Shown in pieces: positions 9,690 to 19,440 of a DNA stretch of 36,349 bases (position 1 is its first letter; each line of letters starts with the position of its first letter). This DNA comes from a virus (lineage: Duplodnaviria; Caudoviricetes). Made by a program: the position numbers and the translations under genes. The notes under the pieces are model-generated. The model worked only from the letters and a program-made list of their open reading frames with translations. It had not been told where the DNA came from and ran no database searches. The stretch lies in the IMG/VR virus record IMGVR_UViG_3300028025_000006, positions 1 through 36,349 of that record. One strand, written 5' to 3'.

Positions 9690-10232
9690 ATGGCATCAGC
9701 ATTTCAAATATATGCGTTTCAGGCTAATGCGTTTGAAATATTTAATGAGCTTGTATCTGCCTCTGGAAGCGTAACGGCAACGTCCACATCTTCCGCGGCT
9801 AGTACGGTAGTATTTTCCGCATCTGCATCTGCATCTGGATCGGCAACGGTATCAGCATTAGCCTATCGGACATTTACTAGCTCGGCAGCGGTATCTGCAT
9901 CTGCATCCGTTTTCGCATTTGCGTATAGGGTGTTTAGTGGTGCCGCAAGTGTGTCGGCAAGTGCCTCTGCCTCCGCTAGTGGATTGCGTATGCGCTTGGC
10001 TGAAGCGGTCCTTTCGGCTCAGGCAACCGTATCCGCACTTTGTAATGTTACTTACTCAGGATTAGCATCCGCACTAGCTAATGCTGCCGTATTGTGCAAT
10101 TCTGTCGCTACATATAGCGCTAGATCAAGTTTATCGACAAATGGATTGGTAAACTGTGTAAGTGAGATTATTGGCGAGAATTGGACTGAACTGCCTAAGG
10201 ATAATGAGAATATATGGCTACGCAAAGGATAG
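9690..10232 (+). CDS. Ala/Ser-rich repetitive virion protein
   Basis: 180 aa with repeated ASASASASGSATVSA-type units and an FQxxAF N-terminus. Confidence 0.65.
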   Translation: MASAFQIYAFQANAFEIFNELVSASGSVTATSTSSAASTVVFSASASASGSATVSALAYRTFTSSAAVSASASVFAFAYRVFSGAASVSASASASASGLRMRLAEAVLSAQATVSALCNVTYSGLASALANAAVLCNSVATYSARSSLSTNGLVNCVSEIIGENWTELPKDNENIWLRKG

Positions 10233-11653
10233 TATTAGGTGAGTGGATGCCGGATCAGCCGGGACTGTCTGGTGCGCTTACAGAGGCTAAGAACGTCATC
10301 CCTATGGCAATTGGGTACGGACCATTTACCTCGGAGGTTAACCTATCGGCTAATGCGTCTCAGTCTCTCATTACGACATTCGCGGGTAAGTTTTCTGGCG
10401 CGACTGTTTTGTTTGCTGCTGGCGCTACTAAAATCTTTAGGTTCGACTCTGATGATGCGTCAATGGATGACGTATCCAAATTATCAGGCGGTAGCCCCGG
10501 CTCGTACATATCCAGCAGCCTGTGGAAGTTTACACAGTTTGGCAGAGTCGTAATAGCTGCAAACGGTCAGAATAAGCTACAGGCGTGGAGTACAGGAGCA
10601 TCATCTAACTTTGCAGACTTAGCTGCTGCTGCGCCCACAGCGTCCTTTGTGACTGTTGTGCGAGACTTTGTGGTGGCTGCTAAGGATGCAACGTATCCTA
10701 ACCGTGTGTATTGGTCAAATATTAACGATGAGACAAACTGGACTCCCAGCACAACATCTCAGTCTGATACACAGGACATTGCAGACGGTGGTGACATTCA
10801 GGGTATTACTGGTGGCGAGTTTGGTTTGATCTTTCTGGAACGAGCAATCGCCAGAATGACATATATCGGCTCTCCTTTGTTTTTCCAGTTTGACACCATC
10901 TCTCGCAATCTTGGATGCTACGAGCCTAGATCAATTGTGCAGTACGGTCAGATGTCTTACTTCCTGTCAGACGATGGGTTTTATGCGTGTGACGGACAGA
11001 ATGTTATTCCTATTGGCAATGAGAAAATAGATAGATTCTTTTTCAATGACGCAAACCCAAACTTGTTTGACCAAATGAGTTCGGCAATTGACCCAATCAA
11101 TAGTTTGGTTATATGGTCTTACAGTAACGTCTTTGGAGGCAAATCGCTCCTTATTTATAACTGGCAAATTAAACGCTGGTCTAGGGTGGTAAATTCTTCC
11201 GACTTTATCGCTACGGCAGCAAGCGCTGGCATTACGCTAGAGGGCTTGAACGCCTATGGCACAATGGACTCGCTTACAAGTAGCTTAGATTCTCGTTTAT
11301 GGTCTGGCGGTAAAATCTTACTTGCTGGTACAAATGGGGCTAAAATTGTGACATTCACAGGCGCTCCAATGGAGGGCGATATTCAGACGGGAGATTTTGA
11401 GGCTGGTCCTCAATCAATGGTGCAAATAGCTAGACCCCAAGTTGATAACGGGTCGGCAAGCGTAGCCGCTTTTTCTCGATTTAGACTGGACTCTACGGTT
11501 CAGTTTGGTGCCACATTACCAGCAACTAGTGAGAACAGGGTTTCCCTACGTTCATTAGGCAGATACCACAGGCTAAAGATTGTGCCAACTGGCGATCAAT
11601 GGCGGCATCTTGTGGCTGTTGATGTTGAGGTTACTCCGGTGGGTGCAAGATGA
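10214..11653 (+). CDS. Tail nozzle or DNA-stabilisation protein (tubular protein B / P22 gp10-like beta-propeller)
   Basis: 479-aa beta-rich protein (GEWMPDQP, RVYWS, GCYEPRSIV, YFLSDDGFY) in the expected position after the adaptor. Confidence 0.7.
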   Translation: MATQRIVLGEWMPDQPGLSGALTEAKNVIPMAIGYGPFTSEVNLSANASQSLITTFAGKFSGATVLFAAGATKIFRFDSDDASMDDVSKLSGGSPGSYISSSLWKFTQFGRVVIAANGQNKLQAWSTGASSNFADLAAAAPTASFVTVVRDFVVAAKDATYPNRVYWSNINDETNWTPSTTSQSDTQDIADGGDIQGITGGEFGLIFLERAIARMTYIGSPLFFQFDTISRNLGCYEPRSIVQYGQMSYFLSDDGFYACDGQNVIPIGNEKIDRFFFNDANPNLFDQMSSAIDPINSLVIWSYSNVFGGKSLLIYNWQIKRWSRVVNSSDFIATAASAGITLEGLNAYGTMDSLTSSLDSRLWSGGKILLAGTNGAKIVTFTGAPMEGDIQTGDFEAGPQSMVQIARPQVDNGSASVAAFSRFRLDSTVQFGATLPATSENRVSLRSLGRYHRLKIVPTGDQWRHLVAVDVEVTPVGAR

Positions 11654-12432
11654 TGTTTCGCTTGCTGCCTGTGTTTGGCACAGACCCTCGTACAACGGCA
11701 GAGATTGTTAACGGGATTATGAACGGCAAGACAAACAATACAGGTCTTGTCACGCTTAATACCGGAAATGCCACTACCACAACGATAGCAAACGAGCGTA
11801 TCAGCCGAGATAGCCTGATTATCCTAGTGCCTGTTTCAGACGCAGCAGAAGCCGATACATCCCCGTATGGATCATTTCAAAGTCTGGTAGATCAAACGGC
11901 TGCTGCAATCAATACAGCATACGCAGTAACTTACAATACGACAGACTTCTCTAACGGTGTAAGTGTAGTCAGCAATTCTAGGTTAACGGTTCAAAACTAC
12001 GGTATTTATAACTTTCAGACGAGTGTTCAGTTTACTAATACCGACTCACAAGAGCACGCCGTTTCTGTTTGGTTTAGAAAAAATGGAACAGATATTATAA
12101 ACAGCAATACGCAATTAAGTATTATTGCTAGACACGGATCAATAGATGGAAGTGCTGTATTTGCTGTCAACTTTTATTTTGAACTACAAGCAAATGATTA
12201 CGTTGAGATGATGTGGTCTACTACTAGCACTACTGTAATCCTTGATTATTTGCCTACACAAACGACACCAACAAGACCAGCTACTCCATCAGTAATTGCA
12301 ACGATGCAATACATTGCACCATCAGCGACTTCAAATGTATACGTTTCAGCACAAACCAATGGTAGTGCCACACTTACACATTTTGCAAACAGTACGGCTA
12401 ACAAAACTTACGGATATGTGGTGATCGGATGA
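11650..12432 (+). CDS. Virion protein with a C1q/TNF-like jelly-roll domain
   Basis: The central SRLTV..YGIYNFQTSVQF..VWFRKNG..ELQANDYVEMMW pattern resembles C1q/BclA-C domains. Confidence 0.55.
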   Translation: MMFRLLPVFGTDPRTTAEIVNGIMNGKTNNTGLVTLNTGNATTTTIANERISRDSLIILVPVSDAAEADTSPYGSFQSLVDQTAAAINTAYAVTYNTTDFSNGVSVVSNSRLTVQNYGIYNFQTSVQFTNTDSQEHAVSVWFRKNGTDIINSNTQLSIIARHGSIDGSAVFAVNFYFELQANDYVEMMWSTTSTTVILDYLPTQTTPTRPATPSVIATMQYIAPSATSNVYVSAQTNGSATLTHFANSTANKTYGYVVIG

Positions 12433-12827
12433 GGTACGAATACCAAACTCCTGATATGGTTAGAGAACGATGGGACTTTATTAGGTTCGGGTTATCCCGT
12501 ATCTTGCGTAAGTCTCCAGAGCCGTATATTCCGGAAGATGTTTATGTAAATCTCGGAATTGGTAAGGCGTTTTTATGGATGGCTCTTGCTGATAGCGGTA
12601 ACGCAGAAGGGTTTTTTATCTTAGAAAAGAATGGCGATACTTGCCATATCTGGTGTGCTTGGGCTGTTGCTCCAAACTTACTAGAGGATGGCGTGGCGCA
12701 CATTGAAACATTGGCGCGTGAATTTGGCGCAAACAAATTGACTTTTGACACCAATAGAGTTGGATGGGTCAAAGTTGCAGACAAATTAGGTTTTAAACCC
12801 CGCACATGGGTTAAGGAGTTGAAATGA
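12429..12827 (+). CDS. GNAT-fold-like protein of the tail module
   Basis: 132 aa ending in LAREFGANKLTFDTNRVGW...LGF, typical of degenerate acetyltransferase-fold genes before podoviral ejection proteins. Confidence 0.55.
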   Translation: MRYEYQTPDMVRERWDFIRFGLSRILRKSPEPYIPEDVYVNLGIGKAFLWMALADSGNAEGFFILEKNGDTCHIWCAWAVAPNLLEDGVAHIETLAREFGANKLTFDTNRVGWVKVADKLGFKPRTWVKELK

Positions 12828-13768
12828 GTGGATCGAGCCAACCATCTACACAGGTGGTAACGCAGAGTATTGACCCGGCAATGCAGCCATATATTGCCTA
12901 TGGATTATCTGAGGCACAAAAGCTGTATCAGACTCCCGGCACCCCCGGATACTATCCCGGTCAGGGCTATGTGTCTCCGTCTCAAGCTACACAGCAAGCC
13001 CTACAGTATGGTGCTACTCGCGCCACGCAGGGCAATCCTTTGTTGCCTCAATCTCAGCAAACAGTAGGACAAATGCAGAACGCATTTAATCCCGCTACGG
13101 GGATGATGCAGCCTACCGCAAGCGGTGCATACCTGTCTGGCAACCCGTTCTTTTCTGGTGCGTTTAACTCTGCCGCTAATGCTGCAAGTCAAACATTCCA
13201 AGATCAAATGCAGCAAGTTAACTCCCAATCAAGTAGAGCAGGGCGCTATGGCTCTAACGCGATGGGTCAATTGCAAGACAGAGCTACGGGTACATTTGCT
13301 GGAGCGCTAACTGATACCGCTGGTAAATTAGCGTATCAGAATTATGGTGCAGAGCGTCAAATGCAAGAGGCTGCTCAACAAAATATTGGTAACTTGTTTG
13401 GTGCGGATTATGCGCGTCAATTACAAGCTGCCGCTATGGGTCCACAGATGGCTGCTGCTGACTATGGGGATATTGACCGACTGTATCAGACAGGTCAGGC
13501 TCAGGAAAGCTACCAGCAAGCGGCTCTTGCGGATGCTATGCAGCGCTATCAGTTCCAACAGAATCTACCCGCGGCTAAGTTGCAGAGCTTTCTATCGGCT
13601 GCATACGGCGCTCCAATGGGTCAACAAACTACGCAACCTATCTACCGAAATCAGGCAGCCAATATCTTTGGTGGTGCCGCATTGGGTGGTGCGCTTGGTG
13701 GTAAAGAATACGGATCACTTGGCTCTGCTTTGGGCGCTGGCGCTGGACTCTTTGGACTCTTGGGGTAA
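12824..13768 (+). CDS. Internal virion or DNA-ejection (pilot-like) protein
   Basis: Q/A/G-rich helical protein with a Gly-rich hydrophobic C-terminus (GGAALGG...GLFGLLG). Confidence 0.65.
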   Translation: MSGSSQPSTQVVTQSIDPAMQPYIAYGLSEAQKLYQTPGTPGYYPGQGYVSPSQATQQALQYGATRATQGNPLLPQSQQTVGQMQNAFNPATGMMQPTASGAYLSGNPFFSGAFNSAANAASQTFQDQMQQVNSQSSRAGRYGSNAMGQLQDRATGTFAGALTDTAGKLAYQNYGAERQMQEAAQQNIGNLFGADYARQLQAAAMGPQMAAADYGDIDRLYQTGQAQESYQQAALADAMQRYQFQQNLPAAKLQSFLSAAYGAPMGQQTTQPIYRNQAANIFGGAALGGALGGKEYGSLGSALGAGAGLFGLLG

Positions 13769-13771
13769 ATT

Positions 13772-14071
13772 ATGTCAGGATCATTATTTACGCCAGAAGG
13801 CACAATAGATACATCTAAGCTAGAGAATATGTCGCAAGACGAGCTTATGCAGATGATTGCCACTCAAAAAGCATCTGCATCTCAGGGTCAAAGAAACCCG
13901 TTTTCAATGATGCAACAGGCAATGCAAATGCAACAAAAGCCTATGCAAGGTCAGGCTCAAGCGCCTCAGATTCGTAGAGGTCAAGCCCCTAGCGTGATGT
14001 CTCCGTATGATGATCTGATGAAATTACAGCAGATGCAGAAAATGCGTCAGCGTCCACAATCTTTAATTTGA
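13772..14071 (+). CDS. Gln/Met-rich small protein in the ejection module
   Basis: 99-aa low-complexity ORF tightly packed between ejection-type genes. Confidence 0.6.
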   Translation: MSGSLFTPEGTIDTSKLENMSQDELMQMIATQKASASQGQRNPFSMMQQAMQMQQKPMQGQAQAPQIRRGQAPSVMSPYDDLMKLQQMQKMRQRPQSLI

Positions 14072-14078
14072 GGTAGAT

Positions 14079-15149
14079 ATGGCTGATTTTATGTCTGGAC
14101 TGCTTGGCATGGGTGATGAAGACCCATTGCAACGAGCTAAAAACGCAGGACTGTTAGGCTTGGGAGCATCTTTGCTACAGGCTGGCGCACCTTCTCTTAC
14201 CCCTCAATCGCTAGGCTCGGCACTTGGTCAAGGCATTATGTCTGGACAGCAGATGTCTGCTCAGGCAATGCAGCAAGCGCGTCAGCAGCAGATTCAGCAG
14301 CAGATGATGAGTACAATGTCTGGCGTATCTGGCGGCGGAGATGTTGGCGAGAAGATTGCACAACTGCAAAAGATGGCTCTGCTTGATCCTAAAAACCAAG
14401 CCGCATATCTAAAGATTGCCGAGCAATTGCAGGGTAAGACTCAGAGCTTTACTGGTGAAGTTGCTAACGCGGCGCTTAATCTGTTTGGTACAGCCGATGT
14501 ATCTAAACTTACTCCAGAGCAACGTACACAAGCAAATGACTTTGCGATCAAGCAAAAGCTGTCGGTTGCCAATGCTGCTGCGCCTCGCATGACTGTGAAC
14601 ACTAGCGATCCTACGGCTGTATCTAGGGAATTGCGTCAAATTGTGAATGACTTTAATACACAAACAGCGGATGCACAAAAAATTCTTAAGACTTTTAAAA
14701 CAATGGAAAACGCAGTACAAAACCCATCCGTAGCTGGTGACGTTTCTCTTGTGTTTAATTACTTTAAAACGATTGACCCACAATCTACTGTCCGTGAAGG
14801 CGAATACGACACAATTATTAACGCAACATCTGTTCCTGAGCGCATTAGAAATTATGCACAAAAGTTAAAAACTGGTCAGAAGTTAACAGAAGGTCAGCGT
14901 CAGGATTTGCTTAATACAGCAAAACAAAACGTCATGGCTATTGCACCCCAAGTACAAACTACCGTTGATAACTACCGAGGGTTTGTAAGCACATTAGGCA
15001 AAGACCCTGATAAGGTTATCCGTAACCCGTTTGAAGGGATAAATTTAGGTGGGTCAAATGTTCCTCCTCCAGCGGCACCAGCAGCACCTCCTGCGCCAAC
15101 ACGCAGACAACGATTTAATCTGGCAACTGGTCAACTAGAGGATGTGTAA
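14079..15149 (+). CDS. Internal virion or ejection protein
   Basis: GAGG RBS; N-terminal GLLG...GLLGLGASLL, helical body, DPQSTVREGEY motif. Confidence 0.65.
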   Translation: MADFMSGLLGMGDEDPLQRAKNAGLLGLGASLLQAGAPSLTPQSLGSALGQGIMSGQQMSAQAMQQARQQQIQQQMMSTMSGVSGGGDVGEKIAQLQKMALLDPKNQAAYLKIAEQLQGKTQSFTGEVANAALNLFGTADVSKLTPEQRTQANDFAIKQKLSVANAAAPRMTVNTSDPTAVSRELRQIVNDFNTQTADAQKILKTFKTMENAVQNPSVAGDVSLVFNYFKTIDPQSTVREGEYDTIINATSVPERIRNYAQKLKTGQKLTEGQRQDLLNTAKQNVMAIAPQVQTTVDNYRGFVSTLGKDPDKVIRNPFEGINLGGSNVPPPAAPAAPPAPTRRQRFNLATGQLEDV

Positions 15150-17356
15150 TGTCTATTATTGTTGAGATTCCAGATATAGGAGAAGTTGAGTTTCCGTCCA
15201 CTATGTCGCAAGAGGAAATCCGTTCTGCGATTATGAAGATAGTAGGACGAGGCGCTACGCCACAGGCTGCGCCACAAGCTCCTGTACAAGCTGCTCCTGC
15301 TGCTCCTGCCGCTATGCCTATGGCTCCTGTTGCACCAGTAGCGCCACAAGCTGCTCCTGTCCCACAGCCTCCGGTAGCACCATTGCAACTATACGCGCCT
15401 CGTACAAAATTACAGCAAGATAAATTGCCGTATGAGGCTACTGCTGAAATGGGTGCTACACCTAGCGCAGCATTTCGTGCTGGTGTGCAGACGGACAAGA
15501 AAGCAGCAATTACAGAGTTTGCTAAAGCGCGTGGTATTCCAGAGAGCCGTTACCGCATTGTCGGAAACGATATTGTGTACGAGGCTGATGACGGGAAGTT
15601 TTACGCTGAAGTGCCGGGTATTCTTAAATCACCCAAAACGTCTTTGGCTTATGTCGCGCCAGATATTGCAGAGGCATTGCCTTCGCTTATAACTGGCGTT
15701 GCATCCGCGCCTATGATGCTTGGCGGTCCTGCTGGTGCAGCCGGAAGTGTGGCGCTTACTGGTGGTGCCGCGGCTCTTGCAAACGTAGGTCGGCAAAAGG
15801 TTGCAGGGCTAATCTCCGGTGAGGACAGACCGTTAGATGTTGGTCAGGTAGCCACAAGCGGGTTATTGGATGCTGCTACACAATTGATCCCCGGCGGTAA
15901 AGTTGCTGCATATAACGCACGCACAGCGGCAGATATTAGCAGACTTGATCCTGCTGCCGTGGCTGAGTTACAGCGCATGGCACAAGCCCGTGGTATTCAG
16001 TTAACTCCTGCCGAGTTGACCAATTTGCCATCCCTGAAGTCTCAGCAGAAAGTGCTAGGCAACATCCCTGAAAGTAGCGATGTGCTTGGTAGGTTCTATG
16101 AGAAACGACTGCAAGAGCAAGTGCAACCAGCCGTTGATGAGTTTCTTGGCTCAATCAGCCGAATAAGTGATCCAATGACCGCAGGGTTTAGGGGTCAGAC
16201 TGCGCTCAACGATCAATTAACAGCACTTAAAAAGCAGCGTGAAACTTTAGTAGAGCCTTATTACAAAGCGGCTTTTGATGTTGCTACTCCCGTTGACGTT
16301 AAGCCTATTGTCTCTCGCATTGACAGTATGCTGGAAATCGCCAAGGGTGAGGAAAAGAGAGAGTTGCAGCGTATTAAAGACTTGATGTACCGCGAGGTGA
16401 AAGTTAAAGACGCTGAAGGTAAAGAGGTTACGCAAAAGATATTGGATGATCGACTTCCAGCATTGCAGCGTGCTAAGTTTGCAATTGACTCGTCTTTAGA
16501 ATCAGATGCCGTTAAGTCTATGGACAAGGTTATTCAAGGCGAACTTACTGGTATTAAGAATGAACTGGTATCCGCTATGGGTGCCAATAATCCAAAGTAC
16601 CTAGAGGCAAACGAGGCTTTTGCTACATTCTCTGAGCCTATTAACAGATTCATGTCGAAAAAGCCGGGTCTGTCACTTACAAACATTAGCCCAGACAACC
16701 TTGGTCAATTTGCAAACAGGGTATTTGATAACGCCTCACCCCAGACCGTTAGGTATGTACGGCAGCAAATAGAGGCTACCAATCCTGCCGCATGGCAAGA
16801 TGTTAGCCGCGCATGGTTACAGCAAAAGTGGGAGAAAGCCTCTGGTGTGACTCCCGGCTCTAGGGAGATTCCTGTGGATGCCGGAGCAACATGGCGTAAC
16901 CTTTTATTGGGTAACGAGAAGGACAAAAAGATTCTACAGGCTGCGTTAACCAAAGATCAATACTCAGCCCTGACAGACCTTACAACTGTCCTAGAGGCTG
17001 CTGGACGGGTTAAAAAGATAGGCTCTGATACTGCCTTTAACCAAAAGGTTCTAAAGGATATGGGCAATCAGGCTGGTGGATTATTGCAGACTATTGGCAA
17101 GGCTGCTGGCAATCTAAGATTAGACGCACCACTTAAGTTTGTTGCTGACTTTGCATCTGAGCGCCAGTTTGGTAAAAATGCCGAGTCTATCGCCAATATT
17201 ATTACCAATCCAGATGGTATGTCTAAGTTGCGTCAATTGCGTAAGTTGTCTCCCACTAGCGTACAATTTTGGTCGGGATTATCGCAACTAACTACTGAGT
17301 TTGCTACGCCTCCGGTAGAGGAATTCTTTGCTGACTACGGCAACGTACCACAATAA
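15149..17356 (+). CDS. Large internal virion or ejection protein
   Basis: 735-aa mostly helical protein with an N-terminal VEFPSTMSQEEI motif and a Pro/Ala linker; last gene of the ejection cluster. Confidence 0.65.
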   Translation: MSIIVEIPDIGEVEFPSTMSQEEIRSAIMKIVGRGATPQAAPQAPVQAAPAAPAAMPMAPVAPVAPQAAPVPQPPVAPLQLYAPRTKLQQDKLPYEATAEMGATPSAAFRAGVQTDKKAAITEFAKARGIPESRYRIVGNDIVYEADDGKFYAEVPGILKSPKTSLAYVAPDIAEALPSLITGVASAPMMLGGPAGAAGSVALTGGAAALANVGRQKVAGLISGEDRPLDVGQVATSGLLDAATQLIPGGKVAAYNARTAADISRLDPAAVAELQRMAQARGIQLTPAELTNLPSLKSQQKVLGNIPESSDVLGRFYEKRLQEQVQPAVDEFLGSISRISDPMTAGFRGQTALNDQLTALKKQRETLVEPYYKAAFDVATPVDVKPIVSRIDSMLEIAKGEEKRELQRIKDLMYREVKVKDAEGKEVTQKILDDRLPALQRAKFAIDSSLESDAVKSMDKVIQGELTGIKNELVSAMGANNPKYLEANEAFATFSEPINRFMSKKPGLSLTNISPDNLGQFANRVFDNASPQTVRYVRQQIEATNPAAWQDVSRAWLQQKWEKASGVTPGSREIPVDAGATWRNLLLGNEKDKKILQAALTKDQYSALTDLTTVLEAAGRVKKIGSDTAFNQKVLKDMGNQAGGLLQTIGKAAGNLRLDAPLKFVADFASERQFGKNAESIANIITNPDGMSKLRQLRKLSPTSVQFWSGLSQLTTEFATPPVEEFFADYGNVPQ

Positions 17357-17372
17357 ATTTTAAGGATTAAAT

Positions 17373-18878
17373 ATGGCACGCACTAAAATATCAGAGTTCA
17401 GCGCAACAGCCGCAGACAATACCGACATTGATAATATTGACATTGCAGAAGGCTGTGCGCCATCTGGTATTAACAATGCAATCCGTGAGTTGATGTCTCA
17501 GCTAAAGGATATGCAGACAGGCGCATCCGGCGATACATTTACGCTAACTACGGTTAACTCTACTGCGGTTAACGCTACAACGGTAGACGCTACTAACCTA
17601 GAGGTTACTAACCTAAAAGCAAAGGATGGTACGGCAGCGGGTTCTATTGCCGACTCTACTGGCTTGGTTACTTTAACAAACCTAACTGGCACAACGGCAG
17701 ACTATACCAATTTAGAAGTTACTGACTTAAAAGCTAAAGATGGTACCGCAAGCGCAAGCATTGCAGACTCTACTGGTGTGTTTACTCATTCCACAAATAC
17801 TGTCTTTCCTGCTGGCGCTGTAGCAACTCCGTCCATTACTACGGCTGGAGACACCAACACAGGCATATATTTCCCAGCAGCCGATACGGTTGGGTTTGCA
17901 GCGGGTGGTGTACAAGGTTTTTCAGTAGGTACTACAGCCTCCGCGGTTAACTACTTGGAAGCCAGAGGAGCAGCTACAACAGCCGCACCAAGAATTGTCG
18001 CTCTAGGCACAGACACTAACGTACCGATTGCTTTTGTAGCAAAAGGCACAGGCGATATACGGTTTACTACAGACGCATCTGAGCGTGTAAGGATTGATGG
18101 TTCTGGTAATGTTGGAGTCGGTACAAGCTCTCCCGGTGCCGCGTTTCATGTTGCTGGCGCAATTACCGCATCACCGACTGGCGATGGAGTGTTATTAGGA
18201 CTTGAAAGTAATTACGGCGCTATTCACCTAAACGGGTCGGCTGGTGGGTATATTGACTTTTCAACATCCGGTACAGATTACAAGGGACGGGTTACTTACG
18301 ATAATGTAACTAATGCAATGGCTTTTGCTACAGATTCAGCAGAACGTATGCGTATTAGCTCAGGAGGTAACTTATATATAGGAACTACATCTCCTGTTGC
18401 TGGGACAAGGGTTGCTATAGATTGGAACGCATCTACGCAATATGGTCTTGTATTTAAAACAACAAGCGCAACATATAACGCAGGACCTATTTTATTTTTA
18501 AATAGCACAGGCGCAGGAGTCGGTAATATTTCTCAAAGTGAGTCAATAGTTTCGTACAATTCAGCCTCGGATTATCGACTAAAAGAAAACGTATTGCCCA
18601 TGACGGGAGCGCTTGCTAAAGTAGCAGCCCTAAAGCCTGTTACCTACACATGGAAAGTGGACGGTAGCGCAGGACAAGGCTTTATTGCCCATGAGTTGCA
18701 AGAGGTTGTTCCTGATTGCGTAACAGGAGCAAAAGACGCTGTTGATAAAGACGGAAAACCTCAGCATCAAGGCGTAGATACATCATTCCTTGTGGCTACT
18801 TTAACGGCAGCAATCCAAGAGCAGCAATCAATCATATCCGCAATGGAAACTAGACTAGCGGCGTTAGAGGCGCAATAA
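17373..18878 (+). CDS. Tail fibre with C-terminal intramolecular chaperone (Peptidase_S74-like autocleavage domain)
   Basis: ERVRIDGSGNVGVGT and ERMRISSGGNLYIGT repeats, SDYRLKENV cleavage motif, GFIAHELQEVVP and a terminal coiled coil. Confidence 0.88.
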   Translation: MARTKISEFSATAADNTDIDNIDIAEGCAPSGINNAIRELMSQLKDMQTGASGDTFTLTTVNSTAVNATTVDATNLEVTNLKAKDGTAAGSIADSTGLVTLTNLTGTTADYTNLEVTDLKAKDGTASASIADSTGVFTHSTNTVFPAGAVATPSITTAGDTNTGIYFPAADTVGFAAGGVQGFSVGTTASAVNYLEARGAATTAAPRIVALGTDTNVPIAFVAKGTGDIRFTTDASERVRIDGSGNVGVGTSSPGAAFHVAGAITASPTGDGVLLGLESNYGAIHLNGSAGGYIDFSTSGTDYKGRVTYDNVTNAMAFATDSAERMRISSGGNLYIGTTSPVAGTRVAIDWNASTQYGLVFKTTSATYNAGPILFLNSTGAGVGNISQSESIVSYNSASDYRLKENVLPMTGALAKVAALKPVTYTWKVDGSAGQGFIAHELQEVVPDCVTGAKDAVDKDGKPQHQGVDTSFLVATLTAAIQEQQSIISAMETRLAALEAQ

Positions 18879-18919
18879 ATTTGCCTTTTAACACAATGGT
18901 TTAATCTATGTTATACAAT

Positions 18920-18944
18920 ACCCGCTGATGGCGGGTTTTCTTTT
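18920..18944 (+). terminator. Intrinsic terminator between tail and lysis modules
   Basis: ACCCGC-TGATG-GCGGGT followed by TTTCTTTT. Confidence 0.75.
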
Positions 18945-18955
18945 GCGAGACGGAA

Positions 18956-19183
18956 ATGAATGACGTAACTCACCGCGAGATATACGATAGGTTGGTGGAA
19001 GTAGAGTCTAAAGTAGATAGTTTAGACAAAAAAACAACCGAGGTAGTCGTAGCTTTTAATGCCGCTAAGGGTGCTTTTCTTGTATTAGAGTGGATCGGTA
19101 AGATTGCCAAGCCTATTATTTGGGTTGTTGGGATCAGCGCAGTATTGATAACCGCATACGAAAAGTTTAAATCTAATCTCTGA
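18956..19183 (+). CDS. Small membrane protein (holin or antiholin-like)
   Basis: N-terminal coiled coil and C-terminal hydrophobic helix (PIIWVVGISAVLITAY); first gene of the lysis region. Confidence 0.55.
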   Translation: MNDVTHREIYDRLVEVESKVDSLDKKTTEVVVAFNAAKGAFLVLEWIGKIAKPIIWVVGISAVLITAYEKFKSNL

Positions 19184-19191
19184 GGTCAAAC

Positions 19192-19431
19192 ATGAAAAGC
19201 CCGAAGCTAGTGCTTGTGCGTTGGATTGATGCGTATCACCTAGATGGCTGGATGTTTGGAGATGTAGAGATTACCGCTGACCCTTGTTGGACTACGGGGT
19301 TTTTGGTGCAAAAGAATAAGAAAGGCGTACTAATTGCTCAGACATGGTTTCCGGGCGATATGGCTAATCTTATATTCATTCCAAAAGGGATGATTGAAGA
19401 GATGACCGAACTAGGTGATCTAAAAACTTGA
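19192..19431 (+). CDS. Small beta-rich hypothetical protein (VxWxDA family)
   Basis: 79 aa with a GAGG RBS; LVLVRWIDA...TTGFLV...IPKGMI. Confidence 0.7.
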   Translation: MKSPKLVLVRWIDAYHLDGWMFGDVEITADPCWTTGFLVQKNKKGVLIAQTWFPGDMANLIFIPKGMIEEMTELGDLKT

Positions 19432-19440
19432 GGTTTACAA

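Noticed and set aside
17590-17780. Tandem TNLEVTxLKAKDGTA..SIADSTG repeat in the tail fibre as a DGR template/variable pair
   Set aside because: There is no reverse transcriptase in the genome and the differences are not adenine-specific; this is an ordinary fibre repeat.
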